DNA from: Thalia democratica
Taxonomy: Eukaryota
Length of the DNA stretch: 64,000 nt
Direction: 5' to 3'
Assembly (NCBI GenBank): GCA_965202585.1
Contig: OZ241833.1
Span: 28,458,001 to 28,522,000, forward strand
Of this stretch, positions 49,901 through 64,000 are shown one piece after another. Under the pieces are notes generated by a model that did not search any database, was not told the DNA's origin, and was given only the letters and a program-made list of their open reading frames with translations. The translations under genes were made by a program, and so were the position numbers. Numbering within the stretch: the first letter of the stretch is position 1; every line of letters starts with the position of its first letter.

Positions 49901-52900
49901 TGTGGTTTTGGTTCATAATATGTTTACTTTGTTTAAAAACTTTAAATGCAGTGTTTATTACAGATTATTCTTAGCTACACATTATTCAAAACAAACCAAG
50001 TTTAAATTTTAAGTACTTTAATAGCTTTAAATTAGTTTAAAGCTATTTCGTTTAGCTTTCTTCTACCCATGTAATACGTAGGTAAAGCTTTTAACCTTAG
50101 TTTAATTCTTATTCTACACTGTTATTAAGTAATTTTTTTCCTTAGTATATACCAAAATAATTAAAATTTAGTTGGTTATATTTTTATTCAAGTCTTAGCT
50201 GAGTTAATTGTTTTGTATATTACTTACATTTAAATACACTACAAAGCACTTGAAAACCGTTTCATGTGGTTTAAGTTTAAAACTCGATATGTACTTGAAA
50301 TAATTAAAAAAACACTATTTTTTCATGCCACAAAACTTAATTTTATGATCAATTTAAAATCAGGTTTTGTTATAAATATTTAGTATTCCTAAGTATAGTT
50401 GCAATATTTGTGAAAGGCATTTAACCGTTGCGCATAATACTCACAAGTCCCTTAGCCATGGATACCTTTAAACTATCTTTTGGACATCTAAATAACTATA
50501 CGTGTTATTTTTAACTTTAGCTTATTTATTGATAGTTAAATTTAGACAGTTTAGTAGATGCTAAAGTTTGCTACTTTTTTAAGGTCATGAAAGTTTTATA
50601 TCTAAAGTAAGCAAAAGCAAACCAAAAAAAATACGTTTAACAAGTACAGTAGACTACCGCTTAAGTACGCACTTTTTTTGGTACGCACCCCGCCTTAAGT
50701 ACGCACTTATCTTTGATTAAATTTTCAATCATCAAGTTTTTCCAGATTATTTTATGTTTCCAGGTAGAATGGCCAACCTGCTGAGTTAGCCTGAGACTTT
50801 CACAACTTTTAACCTAGGGTGAGTAATCCTGAGTAGTCTAAGTGGCCTGAGATTGTGACAGTCCTGTTATTACATGTTAATAAACTAAATACTTATGTAG
50901 TGCTTGCAGAAAAGTGAAAAGAATAATGATATTTGAGCTTTAATGCTATAAAATATATAATTTAGATGACAAAGTCAAAAAAACCTACAAATACAACATA
51001 GTAAGTCATAATTTGATTTAAATGTACAAACATTGATGTTTTGAAAATGTTTCGTAAACACAATGTAGTTTGGTACTTTTCCTCTAACAAAACAAAACAT
51101 ATGGAAAATATTGCTTAATACTCTTTTTTATATCATTGACTGACATTGATTTTCTATATTAAAAGTATGTATTAATTATTTAAAAACTTTTTATAGAAAA
51201 AATAGATCATTTTAAAATATATCAAAAAATTTTAAAGATTAGAATTATGTATTTAATGTTATTCAAAATAAAAATACTTGTTTAATTGGCTTAATTATTT
51301 GGTGGCTAGTTGTAAGAAAGAAAACAAACAACTAAATTTAATATTATACTATGTCGTCAAAAAGTACGCACTACCCGTGCTAAGTACGCACTTTTTGGTC
51401 GGGTTCAATTTGCGTACTTAAGCGGTAGTCTACTGTACAGTAAATGTCCTAAACTAAAAAAAGAGTTAAAACTACTTGCATTTTTCAATTATATATGTTT
51501 TTTAGTCGATATATAACAATTAAAAATATATACTGTCGTTTATCATTGAATACTTAAAAACTTTTTTTTTGAAATTTAAAGTTTACTTACATTTTATCTT
51601 ATTTTCACAACAAAAGTTGAGATTGCTTTTACAAAACTATTTATAGTTTTAAACTTTTTAGCTTTATTGTTCAATTCTAAATTCAAGTATTTGTTTTATT
51701 TTTATTTTTTTGCTTATGCTATACATAAACTTTCAATATCAGTACTTAACAGTTTTATACTTAAAGCTAGACGAAACAATTTTGTAACATGTATAATTTA
51801 TGTAACTTTTAAAAGTACAATTACAACTCTTCCTACAACTTCAAAATTACAACAAAAAAAAATCATTTCAAGTTTAAAATTATATAAAATTGTTTAAAGT
51901 TATATTTTAAGTATATGGCGAATTTTATGCAAAATAAAAAACTAATTTTTAGCAAACAAACAATTTCAATAGTGTACTAATAAAAATGCAATGTTTAAAA
52001 AAAAACAACTTATGCACTTTGACACTACTGTAAGTAATAATAATCACTACTTAAGTTTTAATAAATACTGTTAATCTGCAGTTTGCTGCATTAAACAAGA
52101 CTTCAAATACTTGGCAAAATATTAGTTTTTTACAGGCTGGATTATTCTGGCATTGCACTGATGATAATGGGATCTTTTGTACCTTGGATATATTACTCGT
52201 TTTATTGTGACAGTGAGCCTAAAGTATGTTATCTGCTGTTTTATTTTATTTTAAGTTTTTTTTTGTATTATGCTTGTTTTACGAGTGTTAAATATGTACT
52301 ATTAAGAATAGTATTAAAAATGATTTTGGTACTGGGAAAACTTGTTGATAATTTTCAGTTGAGTTTTGTTTGTATTATTTGTGCTTCTTCCTAGTATTAA
52401 CTTTATTATGGACAGAGTTTGAAAAAGTTAACAGCTTTTTAATTTTTACAGTCGTATAAAGCTGTCTGGCCAGCTATAAGTGTAAAACATTATAACTTAA
52501 AACAGCTCTGCAAAAATAAACTCAGTATATTCAAATTGTTTATACTTACTGAGTTAAAATGTGAAAGTTTGTATCAAAAATAAATTTTCACCGATAACAT
52601 ATGATTCTAAAATTTAAAAACAAACATTAAATGTTAAAAAAAAAGTTAACATTTAAGTTCATTTCTTTTTTCCCTTTGTTCACCTTGTTTGATAAATGAT
52701 TCAAAAACTTGAAAGTTTTTCTAAAACTCTATTAAAATTTTCCATACAACTCTAACACTTCGTGTTTTGATTTTTCATGATGAACCAGCTGAACATTTAA
52801 GAGATTTGAGTTTTAAAATCAAACATGAAAAGTTTGGAAAGAAAAAGAGCACCTTAAAATTGTTTTACAAAATTAGATTTAAGTGTTGAGTTTAAAGTTT

Positions 52901-55253
52901 TGAATTTCAGACTTTTTACACTGTTGCCAAAAAACCTGGCAAAAAAAAACTTGTAAAACCTTGAAACCTGGAAAAATTTAAAAGTTTTTGGAAAAATCTG
53001 GAATTTTGAAAAATAATATCATCAAAAATATTCGAAAACCCGGAATTTTAAACTATTTTTACATGTAAAGTAACGAACTTTTGATTAGATACGAAAGATC
53101 TATCAAAAAGGATAAAAAAACTTATGGATCATTAAAAAAAATCCTAAAAAACACATTAAAGTAGCTTTACAGTGACTTTCAATGTTTTTTTTTTACCTTA
53201 AGTTTAATTTAATTTTATACTAAAAATAGACAAAAAAACTTGTTTTTTATAAACCTTAAAAAAATTTAGATGATAAAATAAAAAATTACAAAAAACCTTT
53301 AGCAACCCTGTTTTTTAATAACAAACATAAACTTTTTTTACTATTACTAATGAGGTATTTTTAAATCAATAGACTTTTAGCTTATTTAATCTGCGTCTCA
53401 ATAAAAATTTTTAAAGTTTATCAACCTCTTTATCCCCTCAACAGTCAACTTTAAAGTTTAAAACGGCTCGCAGTTTTGTTGTCACCATACATTTGTTTTA
53501 CATTGTAAAAATTAACTGGCAAACAACGTGATTTCAGGTGATATACATGTCGTGCATATGCGTGCTGGGCATCATGTGCATCGTCTTCTCGCAATGGGAC
53601 AGGTTCGGAACCGCCAAGTACAGAAGCACCAGAGCAAGTTGGTGTTTTTGTTGTTAATTGAATAAATATTTTTACCGTTTAAATTCAATAGTCGGAAATT
53701 ATTTTTGTATTAAAAAACGTTTTTGGTTGAATTGGTGAAGTAATTAAAACAATTGATGACAAATTAACATACTTTTGATTAAAATCAAAACTTGAACATA
53801 AACTTTAAATAAGTTATTCGCAAATCTTACTGCGCGCAAATTCACACTCTGATAAAAACTTCTCTAAAATTCTTTTTTTACTAATTCAAATTTTATGTTT
53901 CTAAGTTGAAGATACTCTGACGTTTAAATAAGATTTAAGTTAAGTGTAAAATTAGATTAGTAAATATACTAAAATTTAGTTTTGTACATTTTTGATCATA
54001 TTTAATACATAATATATCAGTAATTATAAAAAATATTTAGCAAAGAATGAATATGTAATAAACGCATTAGTTTCAATAATGTAAATTATAATTTAAAAAT
54101 GTAAACATAAGTAGATTTATTAATATTTAAAATACAAATTATTAAGTTGTATTTGTTTTAAAGTTGTTTTTAAGATACTTTTGTATGTATACAAGGTTAT
54201 AACTTAATTGATAAAACATTTATTTTAAACTTTAATCTATTTTTAAAAGTTTTTGTTTGGTGTTCATTTCAAATTAAAACTTTAAAATATACAAAATCTA
54301 TCAAAAAATAACTAATAATTATATTTTAAATTGTCATTATTTTGCAATAAATGTTTGTATAGCAACTTACTTAAAATAGTATGCATTTAGTGTTCACTGT
54401 GGTAAAGTATGAATATAACAGGATATACTTTGCATTGTTGCAGCTTATACTACTTTCTTTAAAAATGTATAACTTTCATACTAAATAAAGCTTTTATTTG
54501 GCAAATTTTTTGCACAGTTACTTGTTGTTTATTCAAAAAAAAAGTCTTTAAAAACCATTGGTTAATTTTATGTTTTATGTTATTTTTATATTTAAAACAT
54601 TTAGATTTTTTTAGATGCTATTATCAATTATGATTTTTTTCTAAATTTATTTGTAAATAATTAATTTAGTTGTCACCATCTATCATGAGTATATAGATCA
54701 TTACAACACTTATAAAGTGTTTACGGTTAACTTAATATTTTCTTTCAATGCAAAACTAATGATAAATTACTATTTATATACTTTCCAGACTATTTGGCAA
54801 TGAACAGTTAACTGATTTATCAGCATTTACCAATTGTAACTAAATCATACGATTTTTCGTTATATACTGCTTTGCGATAAAAAGTATAGAACAGTTTTGT
54901 ATGATTTACTTTTAACTAACATCTTTATAAAACTGAAGTTTGCTTGCCCAGGCGAAAGTTGTAGCTTTGATTTTAATACATGCTGCTAAATATGGATAGC
55001 TTTACTCTAAAAAAATGTAACTTGTTTTGAAACATAATCCATTTAGATGGTATTTTAAGCAAATTGCACTTTTTAATTATATTTTATTAGTTATTAACAT
55101 ACAAATAAAAATGTTTTTAGGTATGCTTAAAGGTTTTTAGTTTTATCACCTTCATATTATTTTAATAAATTATATACTTAAATTTTGTTTGTATTTTTTA
55201 TTTTCGTATAGTTTATATATTTCTTAATACAATATTTAAGTGTTTCTTACTAC

Positions 55254-55295
<42 letters not shown>

Positions 55296-58200
55296 TGTTT
55301 ATTGTGCAATGTTGGACTCGGGCATCAAAACCTGAGCCACTTAAACAGGACACACAAAAAGAGAAAAAGAAAATAAACTTATATTCACGCTTTAAGATAA
55401 ATTATATATATAAACATAATTCAAATGAAAACACAAAGTTAAACACAATATGATATACAAATGAACTAAATTTAAAAAAAATTCAATTCAAAAAATTACA
55501 AACTTATATATTACTTAGAACACACAATAAATTAGTTTGTCTAAAATCATCGCTTATAAAACAAAATTCCTAATTACAAAATAAATAAGTAAACCAATAG
55601 TTTGTAGGAAGGAGGTGTAGGGAAAAGAATATGTTTTTTTTTGTTTATAGTGTAAAATTAGTGAATTTTATTGGTATTTATTGTATTATAAATCAAATCT
55701 TTTTAGCTTTAAACGAAATTGTTCAACCCCTCACAAGATACTATATCCTGAGGTAGTCTGTTCAACAAAGCTTTTGCTCTATATTTAAAAATATTTTAGT
55801 TGCTGTTTGCCAATTAATTAAAGTAGTTTCAAATTTACCCATGTTTTGTGTTAGTCTCACCAAATACACCTTAGGTAAACACAGTTTAGTATAATGTGAG
55901 GTAAAGTTTGTATTTTTTTTTTTAATTTTAATCGATTTAGCATCAAATTTGCTTTTTAAGTTATAATTATATTTACACTTGAGTTAAAATATTGCTTATT
56001 AGGCTAAATAATTAAACAAAGCAGTTCAAAAATAATTATACTTATTAGTAATATTTTAGTTTTATTCAAAACTAAAGTTTTCTTAAATTTAACATATTAA
56101 AAAAATTAACTTGTACTGTATTAATTGAATTTTTTTTACGCATTTTTACTGAATAACTTAAATATTTTTATGACGTCATTGTGAAAAAGTAGTATATTTT
56201 CACAAAAAAAATCTCACAGCTTATCTAGTTTGTTTGGTAAACAACATTTTAAAAATAAATTTTTCCAATTAGTTACACTTTAAACAATAAAAAGTATTTA
56301 TTTTTCAAAAGTGTTTAGCCCTATTTTTAAGTATGCTACCGTTGAAGAAAATAACTTAAATTAATTCAAAGCAAGTTATGTGAATATAAAATTAATTGAA
56401 ATAAACCATGATTTATTTATATATTAATTTATTTTATTTGTTTAAGTAGATTAACTTAGTTATTAGCTGTAAAATGACAATTAAAGTAAGATCAATAAAT
56501 TATTTATACTCTACTTTATGCATTTATTAAGAGTTATGTTTATTTTTGGTACTTTATGACTCAAACAAGTTAGCATGCATTGATAAAAATTCACGCATTA
56601 GCTTTTATTAAGTAAGTTTTAGCTAAAGTATTTAAATGAAGCTTGAAGATAAAGTATTCAGATTATCATCGGCTTTGTATTTTTTGTCTAATATAATTGT
56701 ATAGTAGATTTATATTAAAATAAGTCACTTTATACCTACATAACTGAATAAAGTATATAAAGAAAGTAATCTAAAAGCATATTTTTAGTGTTTACTTTTT
56801 AAGGTAATATGGAAAATAATTATATAAAAGACATCGAACATATTTTTTGTACGTTTTTGAAAATGGATTTAAAAATTGCAATAAACGTATGTGGAGCTAC
56901 TAAATATGCATTTAGTGTAGGTGGTGGTCAAATATGAATATTACTTTGCATTTTTGCAGGTTATGCAATCTTAATTTTTGTTACTAATACATCAAGACAT
57001 ATTGAAAAATTTACATCTTTCAAAGCATGTGCTTTAATAACTAAAGTTGTTAGTTTTGAGTAAAGTTTTATATTTATAGACAAATTTTTGTCCACCACGA
57101 ATTTACATTAGTAATTTAAAAATTACACTACTAATAAAAAATTCTTCTTTAAGATTATACTTTTTTCAATTCATTAAATAGTTTTTTTTGTAATTAAAGT
57201 ACCCATTTTATACCTAAAGTTTATTTAGCATTCAAATATATTTTCACTTCATTGATCATTATATTTATAAACTGTTATTAATATTTAATTTTTCTAAAAA
57301 TTAAAACTTTCTCTTTACGCATGCAACATTAATAATGAATTAGATGTTTTTCCACAACTAAAGCACTATAAAAAATAATAAATAAATTATGGACAATTAA
57401 GCTTAAATAATAGAAATAGTTTGAAAATTATTACAAAACGAAATAATACGTTTAAAAAATAACTTATGTAATTGATTATTACTATTTAAAAATTGTCTTT
57501 AAATTGTTTATTGGTTATTTTTTTGAATATACATTTATGTCATTAGTTTAAATTTAGTTTTCATTAGAATGTTATAGTTTTGTTTAAATATTTACAGCTT
57601 AATTTGATAAAACTATAAATAGAAAAAAATATTAGAATACTATAAATGCTTTAGATGTTTTAAGCGACTTGTAAGTCAATTATGTGCTTTTTTAGGTGAA
57701 ATTTAGTTCTAAATTGTCTAATTGAATATTATCTATAAACCTAAAGTGTTTATAACAAATTAAAATTGTTAACAATATTTATAAGTGTATTTTCATTTTG
57801 TTATTTTTATCACCTTGATGTCAATTTAAAATGATTTTGCACTCAAGTGTTGAAGGTACTTTCAAACCTCAGGTCACAAAGTGCTGAAGAGTAGTTACTT
57901 ATTAATAATGGATGTGTTAAGTTTTGCTTCCACTTAAAAATGTTTTAAAATTACTATAATATTTGGATGACTAATTAATATTCTTAAGAAATAGTTATAC
58001 TTATTATGTTTTTTTTTGTAGTGAAAAAGTGTTTAAGTTGAATTTAATGAATTATTAAAAATTTAAATTTAGTCTCCCTATAGTTAAGTTCTAATTATAC
58101 TCGAATCGTGAGTAAAATTAGCGCTGATTATGTTAAATACAGCATTTGTAAAAATCATTATAAGTTTAAATTATGTGGTGACAAAAAATCGATTTCAAAA

Positions 58201-61200
58201 ACTATTAACCATTACAAAAATAAATTATTTTATTTACTACTTACGTAACTTGGCTAAATAATTCGAATAATTTCATGGCAATATCGTAAAAAAGTAGAAC
58301 TTTTTACAAAATATGTTTTTTTTTCCTCATAAGTACAACTTTGCCTTGTACCAAACTGTTTTTCAAAAGTAGAAATATTTCAGTCATTTCTACTTGAAAA
58401 TATATTGAAGTCATGTGAACGCTAAAACGTTAAACTAAACTTGTTAAATATGAAAAGTTAAAAATAAATCAAGAAAAAGTTAACGTGACGCTTGTGAGAA
58501 AAGCAAATTTTTCACCGCATGACTGTCACGCCACTATCACGCACCATTTTCGTTCGATGGTTGCACCATTATTATTTATTTGATACAATTGTTTACGTTT
58601 AAAAACCCAAACATGTTTATGTGCGGTTATGCAATAAAAAGTTTCCTCTTGTGATTTAAAGCTATTTTAGTTTGTTTGTCTGCATTAAACTGCAAATAAA
58701 AAATTAGTAACTGGAAAAGTTTAAATTTTTAATGAAAAAATGTAAGTATTTCTACTGTTAAATTTATGACTAATAGTTTTAAAAACTTTCCTTAATAAGT
58801 TATATGTTTTATATATTTTATATAATTTTATTTGCAAATAAATTTCAATAAAAAAAAAGCTATAAAACTTTTTGAATAGATTATTTTTGTGGTAATGAAG
58901 TAACTTATCTTATAATGTTTATTGAACGATAAAAACAAAAGGTTTAGTCCTAGGGCCTTGTACAAGAAGAACCTTTCGGTTATCGACCCGCATACCACTT
59001 GGATACCTTTTAACGTCTTGTTCAGGACTAAATATATTTCTCAATATATAAAAGTGAACTAAATCTTAAAAAGAAAAAAAAATAGCTAGCTTAAAAATAT
59101 TATAAAAAAATATTTATTTATCTATATCATTAACTAATTATTTATATTAACTCATATTAAAAAAAAATGTTTTACACTCAAAGTGAGTGTATTCAAACAA
59201 AGAAACCTTTGTTCAAAAAATTACCAAGTTTTACATTTGCCCCAAAATTTTATAGAACTTTTGAAATAGATTGATACTAGTTACTGCTTCTAATTGCAAA
59301 CAATCCTGCAGTTGTGTTCGTCGCCCTCGGGCTGAGCGGAATCGTTCCGGCGATCCACACCACTTTCAAGCTGGGCTTCCACAAGTCGTTCAGCGTCGGT
59401 CAGCTCGGATGGCTGTACCTGATGGCTTTCTTGTACATACTGGGTGAGTTTGTTGATTTACGTGTTAAAATAATATTTTTAACTGGTTTCATTTTCACAA
59501 ATGAAATTGTTCTTACTATTTTTGTACATATTAGGTTTGGTAGTTTAGAACTTTTTATTCAATTTTTTAAACTTTTTGTTAAACCTTTCTCTACATTTTG
59601 AGTGAGATATTTTTATAACTTTCTTAAAAAAATATTATTTAGTGACAAAGAAAAGATATATTTTTTTCAAGTTTAAATCTGTATATGTTTTTTAAGTAAA
59701 AGTTTGGTAACTATTTCTTATAGTTATTAGGTTATCTAGTATTTTTCATTGATAGTGAACTTAATTTTTTCAAAGGTCAGATTTAATACTTTCTATTTTA
59801 TAATGGAGTATTTACCTACACTTTTTTATTAAATACGAAAGAGTTTTGTACGTGTTCACTTTTAATTAAGTTTTGCAATCGTCTTTAGAAAATGTTTATA
59901 GATTTTCAACTTATGGTATTTAGTTTTAACATATAACATAAAAACAATTATTTTCACAGGAGCTTTTCTGTACGCGAAACGGATTCCTGAAAGGTACTTT
60001 CCTGGAAAATGCGATTTAGTGGTTAGTTTCAAAGAAAACTAAATTACAACAAAAGAAATCAGTATTAGAAGAAATTATTTATAAATTAGTTTTACTAACG
60101 GTATTGTAAGTTGAATTAAATTAGGGTTGCTAAAAAACCTGGGATCCTGTAAAAACCTTGTGTTTCACAATCTAGGCAAATAAAGACCTAAAATTTTAAA
60201 AATATCATCAAAAAACCTGGAAAAACATGAAATTTTAAACTGTTTTTACTTGTAAAGTAACGAAGTTTCAATTAATTAAAAAAAATCTACCATAAAAATA
60301 AAAATTTTTTGTTTCATTAATTTTTTTTTTTACAAAAATTACATTTAAAGAAGCTTTACAGTACCCTTTTCAATAGTGTTATACTGTTTAAGACAGTTTT
60401 TTACCTTTAATTTTATACTAAAAATGGACAAAAATAACTTGTTTTGAAAAACCTGGAAAAAGTTCAGAAAACCTGGAAGAAATTTACAACGAAACCTTTT
60501 GGTAACCCTGTTAATTGCTTAATATAAGAAAACTAATTTTTGCTGATTAAAACCTGTTATAATGATATTTTAAAACTTTAATGGGTTGATTTTATAAAAC
60601 TTCTTGAGTGAACCATAAATTAAATTTAGTTATAAAAATGTATTTGAAAACTCTTTTAAATGCTGCTGAATCGTTTTTAAAATTCTTTACTTGATTACTC
60701 TTTACAAATTTTTGAATAGAGTTAGATAATTTTTTTGTAACTTGGCATATCTTAGAAAAAAATAGGCGGGCTAGAACTTTTGGTTTACAATGTATTGTCA
60801 TGAAATTATCATTTATTTTGACAATTAAGGTTCCAAAAAGTATCGATATAATGACATAATTATTGTTGTAATGAGAGAAAAAAAGAAGCAATTAAGCAAA
60901 ATTTGTTTAGCTCAACTCAAACAAACTTTGTGTAAACATATTATTGTCCTAACTGATAACAAGTATGTAAAGCTGGTGATTGAAATTTACAGAAAATGTG
61001 AAAAACAAACAAGCTAAAATTTATTTTTAGCAAGCTAATATATTATGCTGGTTAGCCAGTGAGTTTTTATCCTTGAAAAAAAACTAATACAAATTATGTA
61101 ACAACCATTAATTATTAAGCGAGTGAGTTGCAGTTGTTTGAATTGTAACGGACTTTGGCCTTGATAGACGGTTGCTGAATAAAAATAGTTTGTAGGAAGT

Positions 61201-63311
61201 AATTATTAACACAGAATAAACACAATTTTTAGGAAAATATGTGTAAATGAACTTTTAACATTATTGAAAATTTAAAAGTTAATTAGAGATACAGAAGTTT
61301 GTTGACTTCTATTTAAGTACTTAAGATCAATTAATGCTTGTTGTATTGCATTTATTTAATCAAAACTAATTTCATTTATTCAAATAAAAACTTACTATGC
61401 TTTAAATTAACTAAAAAGTTTTGTTTATTTTATAATTACATAAGTTAATCGTATAAGTTTAAAATTTATTTTTATTATGTGTATGAAAGTACGTAAAACA
61501 ATGACATCACTGTTTAAATTTTTTCTTGTTTTCAAAGTACAAAAGTAATTTTTAGGAAAACACGCATTGTTTTGTTGAAAGTTTATAGATTACTCACTCA
61601 GCAGTATTAAGTTCTTAAGCATGTTCTATGTCAAAACTTGTAATTTTTTTATTAAATACATAGAAAAGTAATCAAGTTACTAAGCATTAGAATACTACAT
61701 CTCATTTTTTATCTGTTTTACATTGGTGCCTTGAAGTATTAATTTCTATTAGCTTTCTAAGAAAACTTTATAATTTTAAGTTAAATTGTTTCAAGATTAT
61801 ACCAGTATATTGGTATTTTTTTTAATTACAAATTTTTAGGCATTGTAAATTTGTTTAATTTAAACAAGTTTTGTTTTCTCAAAAACAAATTTTCTGTTTA
61901 ATTTATACATTTTAAAGTTATTGAAAAAATAAAGTAGTTAAAAATAACACACACCATTAAAATTTTAATGTTATGGTTAGTCAGAATGAACCCTTCTCAC
62001 TTTTTATATTTAACTTTACACAAAGCTTGTGAAATATATCCAAATTAATTATCCGAAGCTTTTACTAATAAATTTTGGTGATAAGAATTCGTGTGTGTTG
62101 TAATAATTTTGAAAAATACATAAAATGCTGAATTTGTTTTAGTACAAAACATTTACTTTTTGGGTTATTTCTAAGTTCTTTAAGCTTTAATGTAATAAAT
62201 TTTTATACAACTAATATATACCCAAAAACAATTTCTGGTTGTTTGAACATTTTTTTGGATTTTTTTATATGTATCCCAAACTAATTAAAAAAAAATACGA
62301 ATTTTGTTGCAAGTAAATTAAAGTTACAGTTTATAAGAATTTAAAAAAATTAAAGATGAATGAATTATCATGTATTTGAACACATAAAAAGTCATAAAGT
62401 TGCTAACCCAAGTTGTCATTAAATAGTAATTTTACTTAAGTTTTAAAATTTAACACCATTAATGTTCAAATATAAAAGTTTCATAAAATATATCTGTCTT
62501 AAGTAATTTTTGCAACAGCTTACACAGATTCCAACATTTTTCACTTTGAAAGCCGATAACATAGTTGGTTGATAAGACACACAATTTATTTAGCAATCTC
62601 ACAATAAATAATCGCAAGGATCATATATATATAAACTAAACCAGTAGAAGATAAGTTTTTATGGTATTTAGCTTTTATGATATCACAATAGAAAGTGGAA
62701 AGGATCAAAAATCGTATAAAATAAGTTTCAATGCTGTTTTTCTACAATTTACATCTTCAATCTACCCATGTGCTTTATCACATTCAAAAAAAAAACGTAT
62801 TTTGCTACTAACGTGTTAATACTGGTTTATTTTAGATACTTTACAACAAAAAATGAGTTTTAAAAGTATCACAAATATTTTAACTCATTCAGTCTTATGC
62901 CACCTCGTAACGTTTCCCACAATTTCCAATATCCTAGCCCGTCATTAAATTGGTTGTCTGCACAAACAGTCAATTTTAGTTTTTATCACAAACCCCAGAG
63001 CTCAATGTAAGTTCCAAGTTTAAAATACCAATAATTTTTTTGATGGTTCAGTTAATTTTTCCTACAACTTTCAGTTTCAAAGTTCATTATAAATCTATTT
63101 GATAACATAAACAATCACATTTTAATATATGATCTTTTACCATAAAATGTTTTTGATGACTTGAGTAATTTTCCCAAACAACTTTCAGTTCCAAAGCCAC
63201 CAAATCTTCCACATCCTGGTGGTGGCGGCGGCCATGGTCCACTTCCACGGAATTTCCAAGCTGCAGGAGTCGCGCTTCCTGCTGGGCGAGCAGTGCATGA
63301 TCGACGACTGA
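43912..63311 (+). CDS. ADIPOR: Adiponectin receptor protein (PAQR family, AdipoR1/2 co-ortholog), 10 coding exons, 392 aa
   Basis: Exons 43912-44028, 45324-45414, 46386-46506, 46707-46864, 48800-48986, 52136-52223, 53538-53637, 59312-59443, 59960-60021, 63189-63311 total 1179 nt, in phase, GT-AG. Motifs: KVWDGRWRV, HTETGNIWTH, FSTIFHT.SCHS, KLDYSGIA, IPERYFPGKCD, FQSHQIFH. The first two exons rest on splice signals and phase only. Confidence 0.95.
47180..47563. mobile_element. CAGGGTTGC MITE family copy in an ADIPOR intron
   Basis: TIR CAGGGTTGCTAAA / TTTGGCAACCCTG; the body is colinear with 52919-53310 and 60122-60510. Confidence 0.75.
50647..51435. mobile_element. Tc1/mariner-type MITE, copy B (inverted relative to 16155-17037, with an internal deletion)
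   Basis: TIR CAGTAGACTACCGCTTAAGTACGCA, TA duplication at 50645-50646 and 51436-51437. The body is the reverse complement of copy A. Confidence 0.92.
52919..53310. mobile_element. CAGGGTTGC MITE family copy
   Basis: Degenerate left end CACTGTTGCCAAAAAACCTGG, right end TAGCAACCCTG; colinear with the 47180 copy. Confidence 0.7.
55257..55900 (-). mobile_element. Probable 3' end of a LINE with an (AAT)n tail
   Basis: A (TTA)n microsatellite at about 55257-55293 abuts about 600 bp of higher-complexity sequence. On the minus strand it reads as unique sequence, then AATAAA, then (AAT)n. Class is inferred from architecture only. Confidence 0.35.
60122..60510. mobile_element. CAGGGTTGC MITE family copy
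   Basis: TAGGGTTGCTAAAAAACCTGG...TTTGGTAACCCTG; colinear with the 47180 copy. Confidence 0.75.
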
Positions 63312-64000
63312 GCCGTGACGTCACGACGCGACGTGGCAATGACGTCATAACAGCCGGCGGTGCGGAGGTGTTGAAGTAGCAGTTTTTTTTTCTTCTGTCC
63401 GGTTTTTTTTTCTTTCTTTTCTTTTATATGCAATTATTAAGACTATTGCCGCTCTTTCGTTTTAGTCGTTTTACAAAAAAAGTTATATTAAATTAAAAAA
63501 ACTTTATTACTTAAAAAGTTGATAAACTGAAGCTAACGTTCTATTGCATTGCGTTTTAGTCGAAATTTTAGTAAAATTTTTACCTACTATTTAAACAAGG
63601 TTAGTTTTTATCGCTTTTAATTCAACAAAGTTTTACTTTTGATCACTACTTTCCCTTTCTTCAAAATTTCTACTGTAGATTGCTTCGAAATATTTAAAAT
63701 TAATAACTGTGTACTAACTTATTTACTTATTTTTAAATCACAATAAAATTGATTTATGTAAAAAGTATTATAATTATGACTCATGATAAAATATAAACTA
63801 ATAAATTATCTTTAAAAGACCTGTTTATAATGATTTGATAACTTATTATTAACTTACCTGTACTGTAGTAATTTTGTTTATATAAATATGTGTACTGATT
63901 TTTGAAAAGTAAATTACATAAGTCATTCACGAAATTTAGAATGTATATGATGTTTTCAAATTTTATTGTAAGCTGCAACCAAGTAAAATATTATCAGCGA

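Noticed and set aside
52359-52394. Possible alternative ADIPOR exon LSFVCIICASS-stop after TTTTCAG
   Set aside because: The exon at 53538 already supplies this segment in phase; the resemblance is probably chance in T-rich DNA.
63115-63433. Overlapping short ORFs at the ADIPOR last exon
   Set aside because: Alternative-frame and antisense shadows of the GC-rich exon.

Overview
This is very AT-rich animal genomic DNA with GT-AG introns; the species cannot be assigned from sequence alone. It holds two multi-exon genes. DRC1/CCDC164 is on the minus strand with 15 coding exons from 13020 down to 47, and its last exon lies left of the window. An adiponectin receptor (ADIPOR/PAQR) is on the plus strand with 10 coding exons, 43912-63311, 392 aa. 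Between them lie a highly divergent H3.3-derived histone variant lacking K27 (23424-23924, +), an inverted disabled paralog of it (40105-40569, -), and a BACK-kelch gene with a frameshift near its 3' end (28273-29754, -). Introns and intergenic DNA are full of non-autonomous DNA transposons (Tc1/mariner type with TA duplications, hAT type with 8-bp duplications, a foldback element). There is also a decayed Penelope-like retroelement with a candidate degenerate hammerhead motif, and a recent 1.1-kb inverted duplication showing a filled and an empty transposon site. The best novelty candidate is the lineage-specific H3 variant pair. Exon boundaries were read by hand from splice signals, reading phase and remembered family sequences; no database search was run.
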